From Isurus oxyrinchus (lineage: Eukaryota), in the NCBI GenBank assembly GCA_026770705.1, contig JANJGN010000034.1, positions 6,510,001 to 6,574,000 on the forward strand: a DNA stretch of 64,000 nucleotides, written 5' to 3'. The notes beneath the pieces were generated by a model. It was not told the DNA's origin and did no database searches. It worked only from the letters and a program-made list of their open reading frames with translations. The position numbers and the translations under genes are program-made. How positions within the stretch are numbered: the stretch's first letter is position 1; the number at the start of each line of letters is the position of its first letter. Positions 51,069 through 63,700 of this stretch are shown piece after piece.

Positions 51069-53099
51069 GTGAGTCAACTCCATTTGACTTTCTAAGCATC
51101 TGTCTTCTTTGTATTTAGGTCCACGTTTTCTTTTCGCCGAGGGATGGAGGCCCAGCAGATTGTGATGAATGGCCAGTTCACCGCACAAAAATGTTTTTTT
51201 TTAAGCACCCGACAGCAATCGTGTATGTTGCGCAAACAATGCAGATATCAATGACTTAGTAATCAGTGTGCACTGATGGAATACACAGACTGCATGACCT
51301 GTAAATTCCTGAGGTTTTCTGGGCAAGGGCTGCCAAGGGCAGGTGTACCATTGCAAACCAGGTGACTCGTGAGATGTTTTCTACTGTCATCCATATATTG
51401 ACACATCTTCATCCCTGTGCGGAATGCAACTTAGAGAATCCGATTGATGGAATTTTAGATAGTGCACTCAGGTTGCTACTTAACCATGTTATTTTAATGA
51501 GCTTGGTTACAACAGCTGCACGTGATGATTTATGAATCAAGTGACATACTGCCCGCATTTGTGAAGGCTAGTTGACATAGATTCATCGAATTGTTACAGA
51601 ACAGGTGGACGTTATTTAGCCAATCATGGTTGCACGGACTTTCTGAAATATGTGTTTCGCTTTGTGTCATTCTCCCCGAAACCTGCACATTTTTCCTTTT
51701 ATAATTCCCTTTGAAATGCATTATTGGGCATGGCTGCACTACAATCTCTGATGGTGCATTGCAGATTATGAGTACACACGGCGTGAAAAATAAAGTTTTG
51801 TCTCATGTAGCTATTGCATCTTTTGCCAATTACGTTGAAACTGTGCCCTTTTAGTCCTTAAACTGTTCAGTGTAAAGGTTGTATATTCGGCCTATTTAAT
51901 CTGCCCAGGCATCACGTGATTTGAATGCCTCTATAAAATCATGCACACTGTGAAAATGCTTCACAGTCATCAAGGGATGTGGGAGAGGGTGGTTCTCACC
52001 ATGTATTTTCAACTTCCGAACAGGACTAGTTATGGAAGGGACAATTATTACGATGGTCACATACCAATTTCCGGGTAGCGGGATTCAAAACTGCGATAAG
52101 TTGATGATATTATTAGTGTGACTAGCTGAGAGCAGGAGCTACAGGGGTTATGTAACACTCTAATCAAGTTATCCAGAAATGCAGTCCCTCCGTCAAGGTC
52201 GACATGACAGAGTTGGTGGAAATACATGCAGGAGTCTGAGTAAAAAAAGGTGCACATGTACTGTTATCTTGGATTGCCACTCACAGGAGTTTCAGAAACT
52301 ATCCAAAAGAATACTGGCTAGATTTAACAAAGGCCATGACGTTGGCAACTCATTAAAATATTATGGAACAGCCACATGACTTTGATTATAACAAACCTTC
52401 AACCTCTGCAAGCCCGTGTGCTGCCCATTACAATGCATAGATCCAAAAGCTGGACCATCAAGAAGAGTGATGAGCTACTTGTAATGAAATGTCCCAGACG
52501 CATATAACGTTTGTCATAGACGGTCAAGTGTGAAAACGAGTGTCTACTAGAAAAAGCAGGTGTTGAGAGGAACCTGCTTGAGGCAGTAATACCAAGGAAC
52601 TTCACATAAGTTGTATATGTGCTGCGAATATGGGGGTAATGTATGCGAAATGCAAGTCAATAAATTGTTCACAAGACGACCAGAATTGAATGGAAGGACT
52701 ATATCAGATGGTGATCTGACCTCTCTGTCAGCCAAACAGCGAGGTTAGCGAAGAAAGGTAAACTTTGCCAGAGGAGAAAAATTGCTTATTTTGAGGCCAA
52801 CCTTTGGAAAACGCAAGGATTCGACCTAAGAAAAGATAAGCCTGCCAACACTTCTCAACCTTCTGTTCCCCAATGAACACACGGCCTATTACTCCAAACG
52901 AGTTTCCAATCGAGTTTCTCATCAAAAGAATGATTCTCGCATGTCGTTTCTGCTCTCTTTCTCACGACTTCGCAAATTGTCTGACGTGTGGTGGCCAGAA
53001 ATTAACGTCATGAATTAGTGCAGTGTGAAGCAGGTTTTTATAGAATTTTAAAGCAAATTTCTCTATTACAATATGCTTAGGTTGATTTTTAATGTATTA

Positions 53100-54460
53100 A
53101 ACACCCTCTGAACCTGACCTGTAACCTTCAAAGCTTATTACACATATACAGTCCGGTCCCCCTTCCCCTTAAAAAACATTTCTATTTGTTCCCATCATTT
53201 TAAGGTTGCCCTTTCGTCTCCTTCCTGCGAAAATGCAACATTTAACACGTTTCCACACTGAGTACCATCTGACATTTTTCCACCCAATAACCCAACCTCT
53301 CTAGGTCTTTTCGAAAATCTATGTTATCATCCTCATGCTTCCAATGTTACTGGAATCCTCAAAGTTGAGATATTGTGCTGTGCACCCTTGTTTAGATCAC
53401 TAAGACCATTCAGGAAGAACAAGGATCACAACGCTGACCAGTGAAGAGCTCCCGCAAAATCCTTCTTCCAGCGTGAAAAATACATCGATAAGCACAACCC
53501 CCTGCTACTTACCAGTGAGCCAGTTTGGTTTCCTTGTGGATACTGTCTCTCTAATTTCAATATCGAAAACATTGCTCGCAAAATTGTTTGTCCGGTACTG
53601 TATCAAATGCATTCTGAAAGTCAATATTAATGAAATGAAGGGCAATCGCCTGATCGACGACAATTGATTACTTTTTTTTTTTGGGGGGGGGGGGGGGGGG
53701 GGAAGCTGCAGCAAGGCATTGAAAGACATTTTTCTGAAATGTTATTTTTTCCATGCATTAGTTATTTCGATAGCTGGCGTGTGTCCAAGTGAGAATTATT
53801 TTTTTTTCAAATTGTTTGTTTATAGGTCTTTCCCCACTATTGAAGTTAAGCTCTCTTGCCTCTAGCTGCCTTGCGTATTAACAATTCTCTACTCCCCTGG
53901 CATATTTGCCCAAGGAAAACTGAGAACAACGGCCAGTGTCTCAGTAATTTCTACTGTCACTTCCCTTCGTAACCTTGGGCGCATCTCATCCTGTCCTCGT
54001 GCCTTAGCATTATAACGTACAGGCAGCCTTTCCAATGCCTCATCCTTATCATCTGTATCAAGTTTAAATCATTCTAGGTTATCAATTACCTTACATTTCG
54101 CCATGATCATGATAGCATATTTTCCGCACTGAAGAGAGATGTAAAGTAGTCATTAAATGCCTAAGCCGTCAGCATTACCCTCAAGTTTAAAGATTCTTTT
54201 CATTCCTAATCGCCCCTACTTCACCTTTTTACTCGCTTTTAGTATTTATACGTTCATAGGAGGCTTTAGGATTCCTGTTGATTTTCGTCGCCAATCCCTT
54301 TTCATCTTCTTGTACTCCCCTTTCCGCTTTTTCTCCATTTGCCCTCTGAAGCATGCTTATCCAACTTGGTGCACCTGTAGCATGACAATGGTACCTGAAA
54401 GGTTTCAAAAGCACGTCTTTTTCTGTTTCATCTTTCATTCCTTTCATCATTCATCGATCG
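53100..54460 (-). mobile_element. Decayed CR1-clade LINE (antisense, RT region)
   Basis: Minus-strand remnants, e.g. LATKINRNPKASYERINTK (cf. LA..IK.NPK.FY.YI..K) in ORF 54229-54450 and tatcaaatgcattctgaaagtcaatatt (rev-comp IDFQNAFD). Confidence 0.7.
53672..53702. repeat. Adjacent poly-T / poly-G homopolymer runs
   Basis: About 11 T followed by about 20 G, seen directly. Confidence 0.9.
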
Positions 54461-54859
54461 CAGGGATGAAATGCAGGATATGTTCATCCGACATTTCCCT
54501 TTTGAAACAATATACTTTGGCAGTTCCATCAAACTAGTGTCTTATTGTAGAAAAACGTTTATGAATGTATGGAAATGGGTCTGTATCGAGGGCCATATTA
54601 TTGTCCTCGTTGTGCTGATGCTCAAATATTTATTTTTCCTTTTTGCATTTGGGAGTGATTCTCTCCATTCGCCCCCTGATGTTTGTATTTGCACAGGATT
54701 CTAGCATGCCGTCCATAGGTGACAGTACATCTCTGATGAGCATCTGGCACACGTGTGTCTTGAATCTCAGGCAGGCAAGCGTGAGCTGCTGTTTGCATGT
54801 GGGAGTATGTAGCACACGGTCACTTATTGTTTAGAAAAAGTTCGTTTGGCCTGTCGAGC

Positions 54860-55450
54860 TCATGCCGCCTATTTGAGGAGAGATGAACCAATCCTACCCC
54901 ACTGCTTATTTCCAGTAGTGTTGTAAGTTTATATATTTCAATATCCATCCAGTAATCTTTAATGGCAATTGCTATTCCTCCCTTCCACACCCTTCTGTGG
55001 CTACGAGTAGGACATCCTTGAGACTCATTGTGCGAGCAACTTCCTCCTCACATTTCTCCTCTATCGTGAGCAAAAGCTTAATTCTGTGCTGTTTAGTTCA
55101 TGTAATATAACCTAAAGTAAACTGTTTTAACCACGTCTCACGTGATCTTGTACATCTCTGTCAGGATTCATCTCCATCTCCTTTGCTGAGAGGAATAAAA
55201 CCATGCAACATTTCTAAGCTATCCATGCCAATCAAAGGCAGAGTTTTTGAAACATTTTGGTAAATATTTTCTGTATGCTCAATGATAATCCTCAAGATAT
55301 TCCTAAGATCTGCTGATAATAATTGAGGTCAATACTCTACATAGGGCCTGAACATTGCGTTATAACATTTCAAAATCATTGCCTTGCACCGCTTTCAATC
55401 TCTATTTAGGATGTCCAAGTCCCCATATGACTTACTAACAGATTTCTGAT
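54860..55450 (-). mobile_element. Decayed CR1-clade LINE 3' end (antisense)
   Basis: Reverse-complement CR1 tail features, e.g. gatcttgtacatctctgtcagg and acattttggtaaatattttctgta. Confidence 0.55.
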
Positions 55451-56599
55451 TATGTCTTGCCACTTTCTAAAATCGATTCACATGAAACGCCAGCTCACGT
55501 TTCCCCTGAAAGGACTTTGGGGTTGTGCCATTAAACCCAAAGTGCTTTCCCCAATCCGCCACACCCCTGCCAAAATGCATAATTTCAAACTCCACCATAC
55601 AATGGAAATCCTGGAACTCCCTTCCTGCAGCATTATGGGCATACCTACATACTGGAACCCGGTGGTATAAGAAGACATGTCATTCGAACTTCTTAATTGC
55701 AACTTGGGTTGGGAAACAATATCTGGCCTAGCGACTGACGCCTACATCCAGTTAATTTACGCAGAAATTTCATCTTCAACTTCCATGTGCCTTCTGCTAG
55801 CACATCTATGGGAACTTGCACGTGGTATGTAACATTATTTCGCTTTGCCACTCCTCCAAGCAAATATCTTCAAAACTATTCATTACAAATTTTGCTTTAT
55901 TTCAAGATTCATCCTATTGATGCGGAGTAAAATGCAAAAATAGAAGTAATGAAATGCTGTTCCCAAAAATGATCTTTGAGGGAAAGCACATAAGACCATA
56001 TTCAGACATTTTCCACGGTACATTCCTGAAACGGCCCCTATTACTTATTCAAACCGTCAATTATATTGATGAAGCAATATCTGCCTTTCACAAATTCAGG
56101 CTGGCTTTCCTTAGGGATTCCAAACTCTCCAGACCTGCTTGTGGATTTTCCCATTATTTATGTTTCGAAAGACATGGGCACATTTGAAGTTAAGCGAACT
56201 GCCCAGTAGTTGCCAGCTTGATCTTCACATGCCCTGTTCACTAATTGTGTTGTATTTACAACTCTGCGATTATCTACAACTTTACTTCCATCTTTTAAAT
56301 TCACAATTCTAAGGAAAAGCATTATTTTAAGCCCATCCAGGCTTGCTTCAGCAAACTAGTTTTCAAACCATCTGGACACATTGAAATAACTATGCTAAGC
56401 ACAAGCAGACTTCCAAAACGGCGTTCCTCTCAATGTTCATAAGGCTCATTGCTCCTACTACCTACAGGCTGGTCAAAACTTGGGCAGATACACCCTCATT
56501 AGCAGATGCCGATTCCAGATACACATTCGGCTTTCTAAACTGGTCCTGCACCTGTAAGGTTTGAGGCAAACTCCATCACTTAATATATTAGTTTAATTT

Positions 56600-57600
56600 T
56601 TCATGCTGTCAGAATATTTTCCGATTTTTTTATGGTCAGCACCAATAAATTCCACTTTCTCTTCATGCTAGGGTAATTCTCTCTTCAACTCCCCTCTGGA
56701 ACTATTGTAACTGCTCTTTCTATGCTACGAATAATTACTCTGCCGCGCATCACCTACTGATGGTTTGTTTCATCATACTCTCTATATCCCTCTTCCAGCA
56801 AGGAACCCTGCTTATGATTCGCTTACATTTTGCCCTTGTTCCCGAGTTTCCACAGTACACTACTTTTATTCAGCTGGCAGATGAGACAACGCTTCCTGAG
56901 AGAGCATCTATTCTTCCATTACGGTTCTTCAAGCACATTTTTGCTCAATTTAAGTCTGGATACGTGCCTTCGCAGTACTTTGAAATTGACCCTCTATTGA
57001 TCCCAGATGCTTCTATTTCTATTGGTCCTTCCTGTCCTCCAATGATAAACTAAACAATTGATGACCATCACTTTTAGTGAAGTGTTCATCGACAGATACA
57101 TTGGTCATTTCCACTAGCATATTACCAGCACAAGGTCAAACAATGCCCCCATACTAATTTGGTCAAAAAGATAATCAAGGAAGATCTCCAGAGTAAATTT
57201 CAGAAATTCCTCCGCCTTCTACCATTTACTCGAACATTATCTCAATCCATATTTAGTTATCTCAATTCCCACAATGCAACTAAGTTCAATTTCTTGCCCC
57301 TCTCTATGATTTCTCAGCATAATTGCTACTTCAGACGTTTCCCCACAATCGTGTATTTGGAGGTCCATGAATAACACCAGTAGTATTTCTGATTAAGAGT
57401 TACAGCTCCACCGGCTGGATTCGCCATTGGCCTCCTTTGGGACTCCCCTCTTTCCCACACTACAATAGTTTCCCAAATCCCTGCTAGCAACTCACCTGAG
57501 CTTTTCTCAATTCTTCTATGTTTTCTAAACTATCATATACTTGAGCATTGAGCGCCGAGTTCTCACCATTTTCAAGAATGTTTTCCATTATTTGTTTTAC
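56600..57600 (-). mobile_element. Decayed CR1-clade endonuclease-region fragment (antisense)
   Basis: Decayed antisense EN-region sequence ending in gttctcaccattttcaagaatgttttccatta; low identity. Confidence 0.4.
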
Positions 57601-57609
57601 TCATAATCG

Positions 57610-58200
57610 AGCTGTAGGCGTCGCCAGCTGGGCCAGAATGCATTCCCTATGTATAATTCCCCGTTGAGTTACCTTCTTGAACTGCTGCAGTTCCTCTGTC
57701 ATAGGCACAGACGGATTATTGTTGTGGAGGCAATATTAGGAATTTGAACCAGTGACAGTAAAGGAACGGCGATATATTTACAAGGCAGGTTGGTGAATGG
57801 CTTGCAGAGGAACTTCCCGCTGGTGGTGCTCCCACGTGTCTGCTGCTCTTTTGCTTCATGGTCAGAGCGTTCGTGAGTATGGAAGGTGCTGCCAAAGCAG
57901 TCTGTGTTTATTCAGTGCATCTTTTAAGAAGTATTCATTGTTGGCACTGCTCACCGGTGGTGGAGGAATTGAATGTTTGTGGAAGGGGCACTTACAAACG
58001 GCTGCTTTGCCCAGGATGCTGCCAAGCTTCTTGAGTGATGTTGCAGCTGCACTCATCAAAGCAAGTATTGGATATTTAATAATATTCCTGACCTCGGCTT
58101 TGTGGCTGCTGTAAAGGCTTGGCAGAGTCATGAACGGTCTCCAAAACTGCAAATATTGGATGCACTCATGAAACTTCCAATATGCCTGGCTCTTCAATAG
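57610..58200 (-). mobile_element. Non-LTR retrotransposon 3' end (antisense)
   Basis: Minus ORF 57862-58218 contains LYSSHKAEVRNIIKYPILALMSAAATSLKKLGSILGKA (cf. IYKAQVRSVMEYSPLAWMSAAPTTLKKLDTIQDKA); same family as 63240-63700. Confidence 0.8.
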
Positions 58201-58245
58201 CTCTGGCTGGCGATCCACTTAACACTCTAATCTTTCATCCAGAGG

Positions 58246-58530
58246 CCGGTGGCATCGTGGTATTGTCACTGCACCAGCATTCCAGAGAAACAGGGTAATC
58301 ATCAATGGACATGATTCCGAATTCCAGCAAGGCAGATGATGAAATTTGAATTTACTTAAAATTTAATTAAGGGACTGGTGAACCAATATGTCATTATTGA
58401 TTTTCATCAACTCAGCTGGTTCGCTAACCTCATTTTAGGGAAGAGGATTCAGGTGTCCTTAACTCTTCTGGCCTTCATGTGATCCTAGAGCCACAGCAAT
58501 GAGCTTATTTCTTAATAGCCCTCTGAAAAA
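58246..58530 (+). mobile_element. tRNA-derived SINE-like element
   Basis: A-box-like ggtggcatcgtggta head, then gaaatttgaattt...ctggttcgctaacctcattttagggaag...ccacagcaatg. A related decayed copy lies at about 61160-61385. Confidence 0.6.
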
Positions 58531-60649
58531 TGTCAAGGAGTGATTCGTAATAGATGCTGAGTGAAACATCTACGCCCAAATCCCATAAATGAATATTTCT
58601 TTTTAAATGTCACTCCCAAAATTAAGACCAAATGCCAAAACAAAACCTTCCTGGAAATTCTCATTTGCCGTGATTCCAGCTGCCTCGCAAGATCGGAAAT
58701 CCTGTGCTGTTCTTACACAAACCTCAGCAATGTCATGTGAAGAGTAGTGGAATTTGCAAATGTGAAGAAATTGTTACCCAAATGTAACACGTGCCCATTC
58801 ATGGCGCTATTAAATCCTCTCTTCAGCAATATATTTAGGACATTGATTCAACTAATCACTTTAATTGATTGCAAAACTTTGTGAACAATTGGCAAAATGC
58901 TGTGTTTGTTCGAAATTTTAAACAGAAACAGAAAATGCTCGGAAAACTCAATACATCCAACAGCATCTGTGTTGCCTTTTTCCTGGAATTCCAGCTTTGT
59001 TCCCTTTCGACTTCCTCTGTTTCGCTGATGCATTCATCTACTAACAATGATAGCAATGTTTAATTTCCCAGCTCCTAACCTGAATGAATGTCCGAAATTT
59101 CACAGAGAAAGGAGGAAAAGATGAAAAGAATCGCCAAAGAACGTTTCACTTCTTTCAATGTTACGCCTATCTTTCTTTGTCTTTTATTCTATATAATGCA
59201 CTCCATTAGCTCTGAGCCCATGCACTTACCCATCTAGTTGCTTAATACCGGCATCTGGTGTCACTTTGATCCACCTCACAGTCCCACACTTTGTCCATTC
59301 CTCTGGCCTTGTTTTTGCTGTTGTTGTTGTTGTTGTTACCATTTACATTTTGTCATAACCTCTTTTCTATTAATTATATCTTCCTCATCTAAAACGTATT
59401 CTTTGATAGGGTACTGATGTCATGTTTGCCAAATTATAAAGTTGATTCCAATACTTTTAGTGTTAGCAGTAACTGACAACATTGCAAGTTGATTTATCTT
59501 GCATCAACATATCATTAAAGTAGATTATCTTTAAAAAAAAATCTGGAATCTGGCCGGACGTGCATCCTCCAGTAGCCACACTTCCCTCATGCTACAACCC
59601 AATCCCCCAGTGCACCTCCGTTCTAGCTCCTCGACAATTAAGACATTGAGTGTTCGTCTTGACCTAAATTTTTTTTCATTTATTCTCCAAATATGTTGCT
59701 CTGCCCTCGACAATGTCATCGCTCAGGGTTTTCCTCCTGTATATACGCTGAAGCTATATGACATCAGTAAATGGGAGAAAATTCCAGATAGTGAAGGCTC
59801 CAGAATCAAACCCTTTTTAACCTGAAGCGGATGTCAAAGTGTTCGAGTCATGGCTCGACATAGTTGACCTTATGCATTATGTTTTCAAGGGAAGGGGAGA
59901 TATAAATGAAAAGCCATTCTTGAAAGGCAATTATTTTCCACAGCTTATATAGACCACATCTGATCGAATTATCTCTAGTGATCAATGAAGAAAATATTTA
60001 GTGGTATGCAGCTGTCAGGTGGTGAATGACATTCCATTTCTAGGCACTCCAGTCATAAACCCAGTCTGGGATCCTGGATAGTTGCTATGGCAAAGATATA
60101 ATGAGCAAATGTCTTTTCCACAAGGCACAGAAGAGAAACAGTACAATAGCTTTTGCCATCGCTGTCGTCGGTTTATTCTTATTATGGGACATAATTCTTT
60201 CACCATGGCTTATACCGGACGCTTCCCAAATCTTCCTGCAGATCACTTGCAGCGCTGACACCCCATACTTTATGAGTTCACGTGCTGCTTCTTCTTTACC
60301 TGGAGATTGACGGAATATCAGTATTTTTTTTAATTTGATACAGTTTCAAATATTCAAGACCTGACCTTTGAAGATGCTGACAGACACTATTGTGACTGAG
60401 CAATAAACATTGTAACAGCACTACTCTCCCCTCTTGAATGCAATGAAAATGTAGATTGATGGGCTGCGAAATCCACCATCCCCTGTTTGACACTCTGATG
60501 ACACGCAGAGAATGGTATTTCCTTTTAAACTTGTTACATCAATGATGTTATAACAATGGCATGGCTTAAATGGATTAGACTCTGCAGAGATGGCTCTCAA
60601 ATGCACAGAGTTTATGGCTGATATATTTACTGCTTGTTATTGATTACAG

Positions 60650-60676
60650 ACGGCAAGATGAAAGCGAAAGATGAAG
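60650..60676 (+). CDS. Microexon, 27 nt, phase 1-1, (D)GKMKAKDE
   Basis: ttactgcttgttattgattacag|ACGGCAAGATGAAAGCGAAAGATGAAG|gtaatg; family-typical length and charged content. Confidence 0.75.
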
Positions 60677-62979
60677 GTAATGTGAGGGTACCCACCAGAT
60701 ATTAGGGCAATGGAAGCAGAATCGAAGTGTAATTTTAAAATGAAAATTGGCTGGGAACTTAAGGGAAACAAAATTTGTTGATGAATCAATGAAGCAATAG
60801 GAGAAGAATGATGGGATTGTGCAAGAGATAGATCGCATGAGCTCTAGGGTCCGAAAGGCCTCTTTATATATCATGAACTCAGGATGATCAGTCAATCTAG
60901 TGATAAAGAGGAAACAAAAAATAATTCATGCGCTTGTTGACGTAAGTCTAGAATTTTTTTGTCTTTTGGAAACTACTGAACCAATGTAAGCAGGTTGATT
61001 AAATTTCTACATACAGTCTATGATAGGGGAGAATGTACATTGGCTGTTGAGAAGTTTATCTAGTTGGACAGAGATTGTGATTCCAGGACCTGTAGTATTG
61101 ATCTGCTGCTAAGATGCACGCTGACGTGAAAAAAATAAAGTTGTGAGCGGAGCAGACTAATGTCCCAGAGATCGCTAACTCTCGCTTTTAAACCACTGAA
61201 ACGGCTAGAAATTAAATTCAAATATTAATAAAGTTTTCGATTTTAAGCTGCTAATCTCTCAAATGGTGACATCAAACTATAATCGATTGCCTTTAAAACT
61301 TAGTTACTTCTCTAATGTACTGCATAGAATGAGCAAAGCCGTCCTTACCCGATCATGTGACAACTTGTGACTGCATCAAGTATGAATTCTGTCTTTACTT
61401 CTCAACCATGACTTCTGCCTTCACGAATTAATCTTCATTTTGACATCCAATTTGGTCATCACTGCTCAGCTGATAACGGCTCCAATTAGCATAAACCGGA
61501 TATTTGGGCTCCCTTGTCATGTTAGCCACCGATCTTTTTTTTGTCTTCTTCACCTGACATTCACTTTATCGCTTCATGTCGGTAGTTTATATGCTGAAAT
61601 GTTACTTCAGTGTCTTGCATATCTAGTCTCCATCATACACAAACAATTGAAACACCATCACTATAGTTTATTATTCATCCAGGAAAGTATGGATTTTATT
61701 TCCCTACCTTTTCGCTACACTGTTCTCCGCCCATTACCTCTGGGAATAACATCAATTGTTCTTCTACATGTTCGCAGGAAGATTTTAGAATCCAATTGAT
61801 CCAGGTCCACTTATGAATTTTAGCCCCTTTTTTTTGCAAGGAGAAACACAAACATCAGTGCCTGGGTTATAGCTTTCCCTGCAATATTATACAATTGACC
61901 AACATAGTTTGGCTAAAATGCTGTTGAAATGTGTTTTGCTCTAAAGCAGGCAATATTGTATCATTGCTCAGTTACACAATGCAGAAAAGATCCGGAAATC
62001 GAATGTGCAATTGTGACAGGTGGACACTGTGATTCCACCATTTTGTGTATGTTCGACGAAAAAGTTGTCCACAATAAACAAATGAAAATCATGCTTTTTG
62101 TGGCTATCCTGCAATTTGGCAGCGGCTCTTTTTGCCAAAGAGAAAATTCGATTAGAAAGCCAGCTTTAAGATAATGTTGCTTTAAGAAAATGTTCCATTT
62201 GACTATGCACTTGAATGGAAAATTGAAACTGAAATTCGACTGAAGTCTGGCTGATCAGCAGTTGTTTCAGAAAACGCATTAGAATTCAACCCCGTTCACA
62301 GTGTATTCCATAAAGAAATAAGCAGATTTGAACACAAGAATGGAAGAAATGGCTTTGCGAGGAGACATCAAGTCCGTTCTAAATTTTTGTACCATCCAAT
62401 ACATTCATGATCATAATATTAAATACGAACATACCACCTTGGCCTATATCCCTTTATTCACCGGGAGACTAAAGTATGACTTTCACGCCTTGAATTGTCT
62501 TCATGCATTGAACATCAACAAACTGTGATGAAGAAAATTCCAAAAAATACAACATTTTGAGTGAATAAAGATATCCTCTTCTGAGTCTCAAATGATTGGC
62601 CTTGTATCCCGGGAATCTGGAACCCTGCTCCCCCGCAACTTCAGTGTTCAATATTTCCCCAATTGGGGAACCAACTTCTCACCGTCTATAATAACAACCT
62701 GCTTTCAGTTTTTTTATTTTCTTGCATGCTTCAAGGAGAGCACCTCTCATGTTTCTAAACAAAAACGTAAGAAGTTGGACAGGAGTTCTGCTCCAAAAAA
62801 CAGAGCACAATCTCACTGTATCGAATTCAACAAATCTTTTCATACTTCAGGTATCTTGCTTATATTAAAACTTTCTCAGGAATAAAATGGAAACCCATAA
62901 GTTAGTTGTTTCCCTGTCATCTACGTATTTGATACTGTTTATAATCTACCTATCGTATTTCTCAATTTGCCCAGAGATT

Positions 62980-63124
62980 TATATTATTATTATCATTATC
63001 ACCATCATCATTATAATAACATAATTATTATTATTATGGTTAACTATAGTAGTGATAATAGTAGCAAGTAGCAGGAGTAGTTGTAGTAATTGTAGTAGCA
63101 TTAGTAGTGGTGGTAGCAGTAGTC
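62980..63124. repeat. Degenerate trinucleotide tract, (ATT/ATC)n then (AGT/GGT)n
   Basis: Seen directly; accounts for the Leu/Ile-rich minus ORF 62979-63170. Confidence 0.85.
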
Positions 63125-63239
63125 GGGCTACCTTGTTAAAATGTGGTGCAACTTTTAGTGACTCAAGCATTCATAAACTGAGATCACTTTGCACCTGTGC
63201 CTGAAAAGCGTTGGGCATTCATTATCTACAAGAACAAGT

Positions 63240-63700
63240 TGAAGCCAACTCTCTGTAACATTCAATGACATTATCTGTTAGTCCCTTATATCATCGTTCT
63301 GGACAACGCAATCGTCCAGAAAATGAAGTGGGTCAGCCGTATGAATATTATGGCTACTAAAGCCTTTCAGCGCTAGGGAATGCATTTGGGAGTGTCTTTC
63401 GAAATTCTGTCCACGATTTACAAGGCACAATTCAGTGGTGTAATGCAATATGCTGCACGGGCCTTAATCCGTGCACCTCCAACAAACCTCAATAAGATTG
63501 ACCCCATGCAGGATATAGCAGACAGAAAGATCAGCATGCCAGACACCAATTTAAACTTTCACTCCCTGACGGTGGCAGCAGTGCGTAGCATATACAAGAT
63601 TCGTTGCTGCAACTCTCCAAGATTCATTCGATAACATCTCCAAGTTTGCTACCTAAAAGGAAAAGTCCTTCTGGCACATGGGACACCAGATGGCGTCCAT
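63240..63700 (+). mobile_element. Non-LTR retrotransposon ORF2 3' fragment
   Basis: LSTIYKAQFSGVMQYAARALIRAPPTNLNKIDPMQDIA...TVAAVRSIYKIRCCNSPRFIR; same family as the antisense copy at 57610-58200. Confidence 0.8.

Larger units (their letters stand above)
15375..60676 (+). other. Partial multi-microexon gene encoding a modular coiled coil (butyrophilin/BG-like heptad-exon architecture; identity unresolved)
   Basis: 14 same-strand exons (21,6,15,36,27,27,36,27,36,27,27,27,36,27 nt; 375 nt total), each AG..GT bounded, ending in G and open in phase 1. Joined peptide: ELSKYHD|EL|GVTEH|ELKDVKDKLKAK|AHGGMHPDD|VETLVENEK|ELKRCERQREAN|GEALEKCEK|ELKALKAKLKDA|EKRSDEAQA|EVLGKCKLD|EQRLIDQLA|ENRRLRDELKEK|DGKMKAKDE. 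Start and stop exons not identified. Confidence 0.8.

Noticed and set aside
60101-60310. IAFAIAVVGLFLLWDIIL as a TM exon
   Set aside because: No supporting splice sites in a compatible phase were found, and hydrophobic stretches are common by chance in T-rich DNA.
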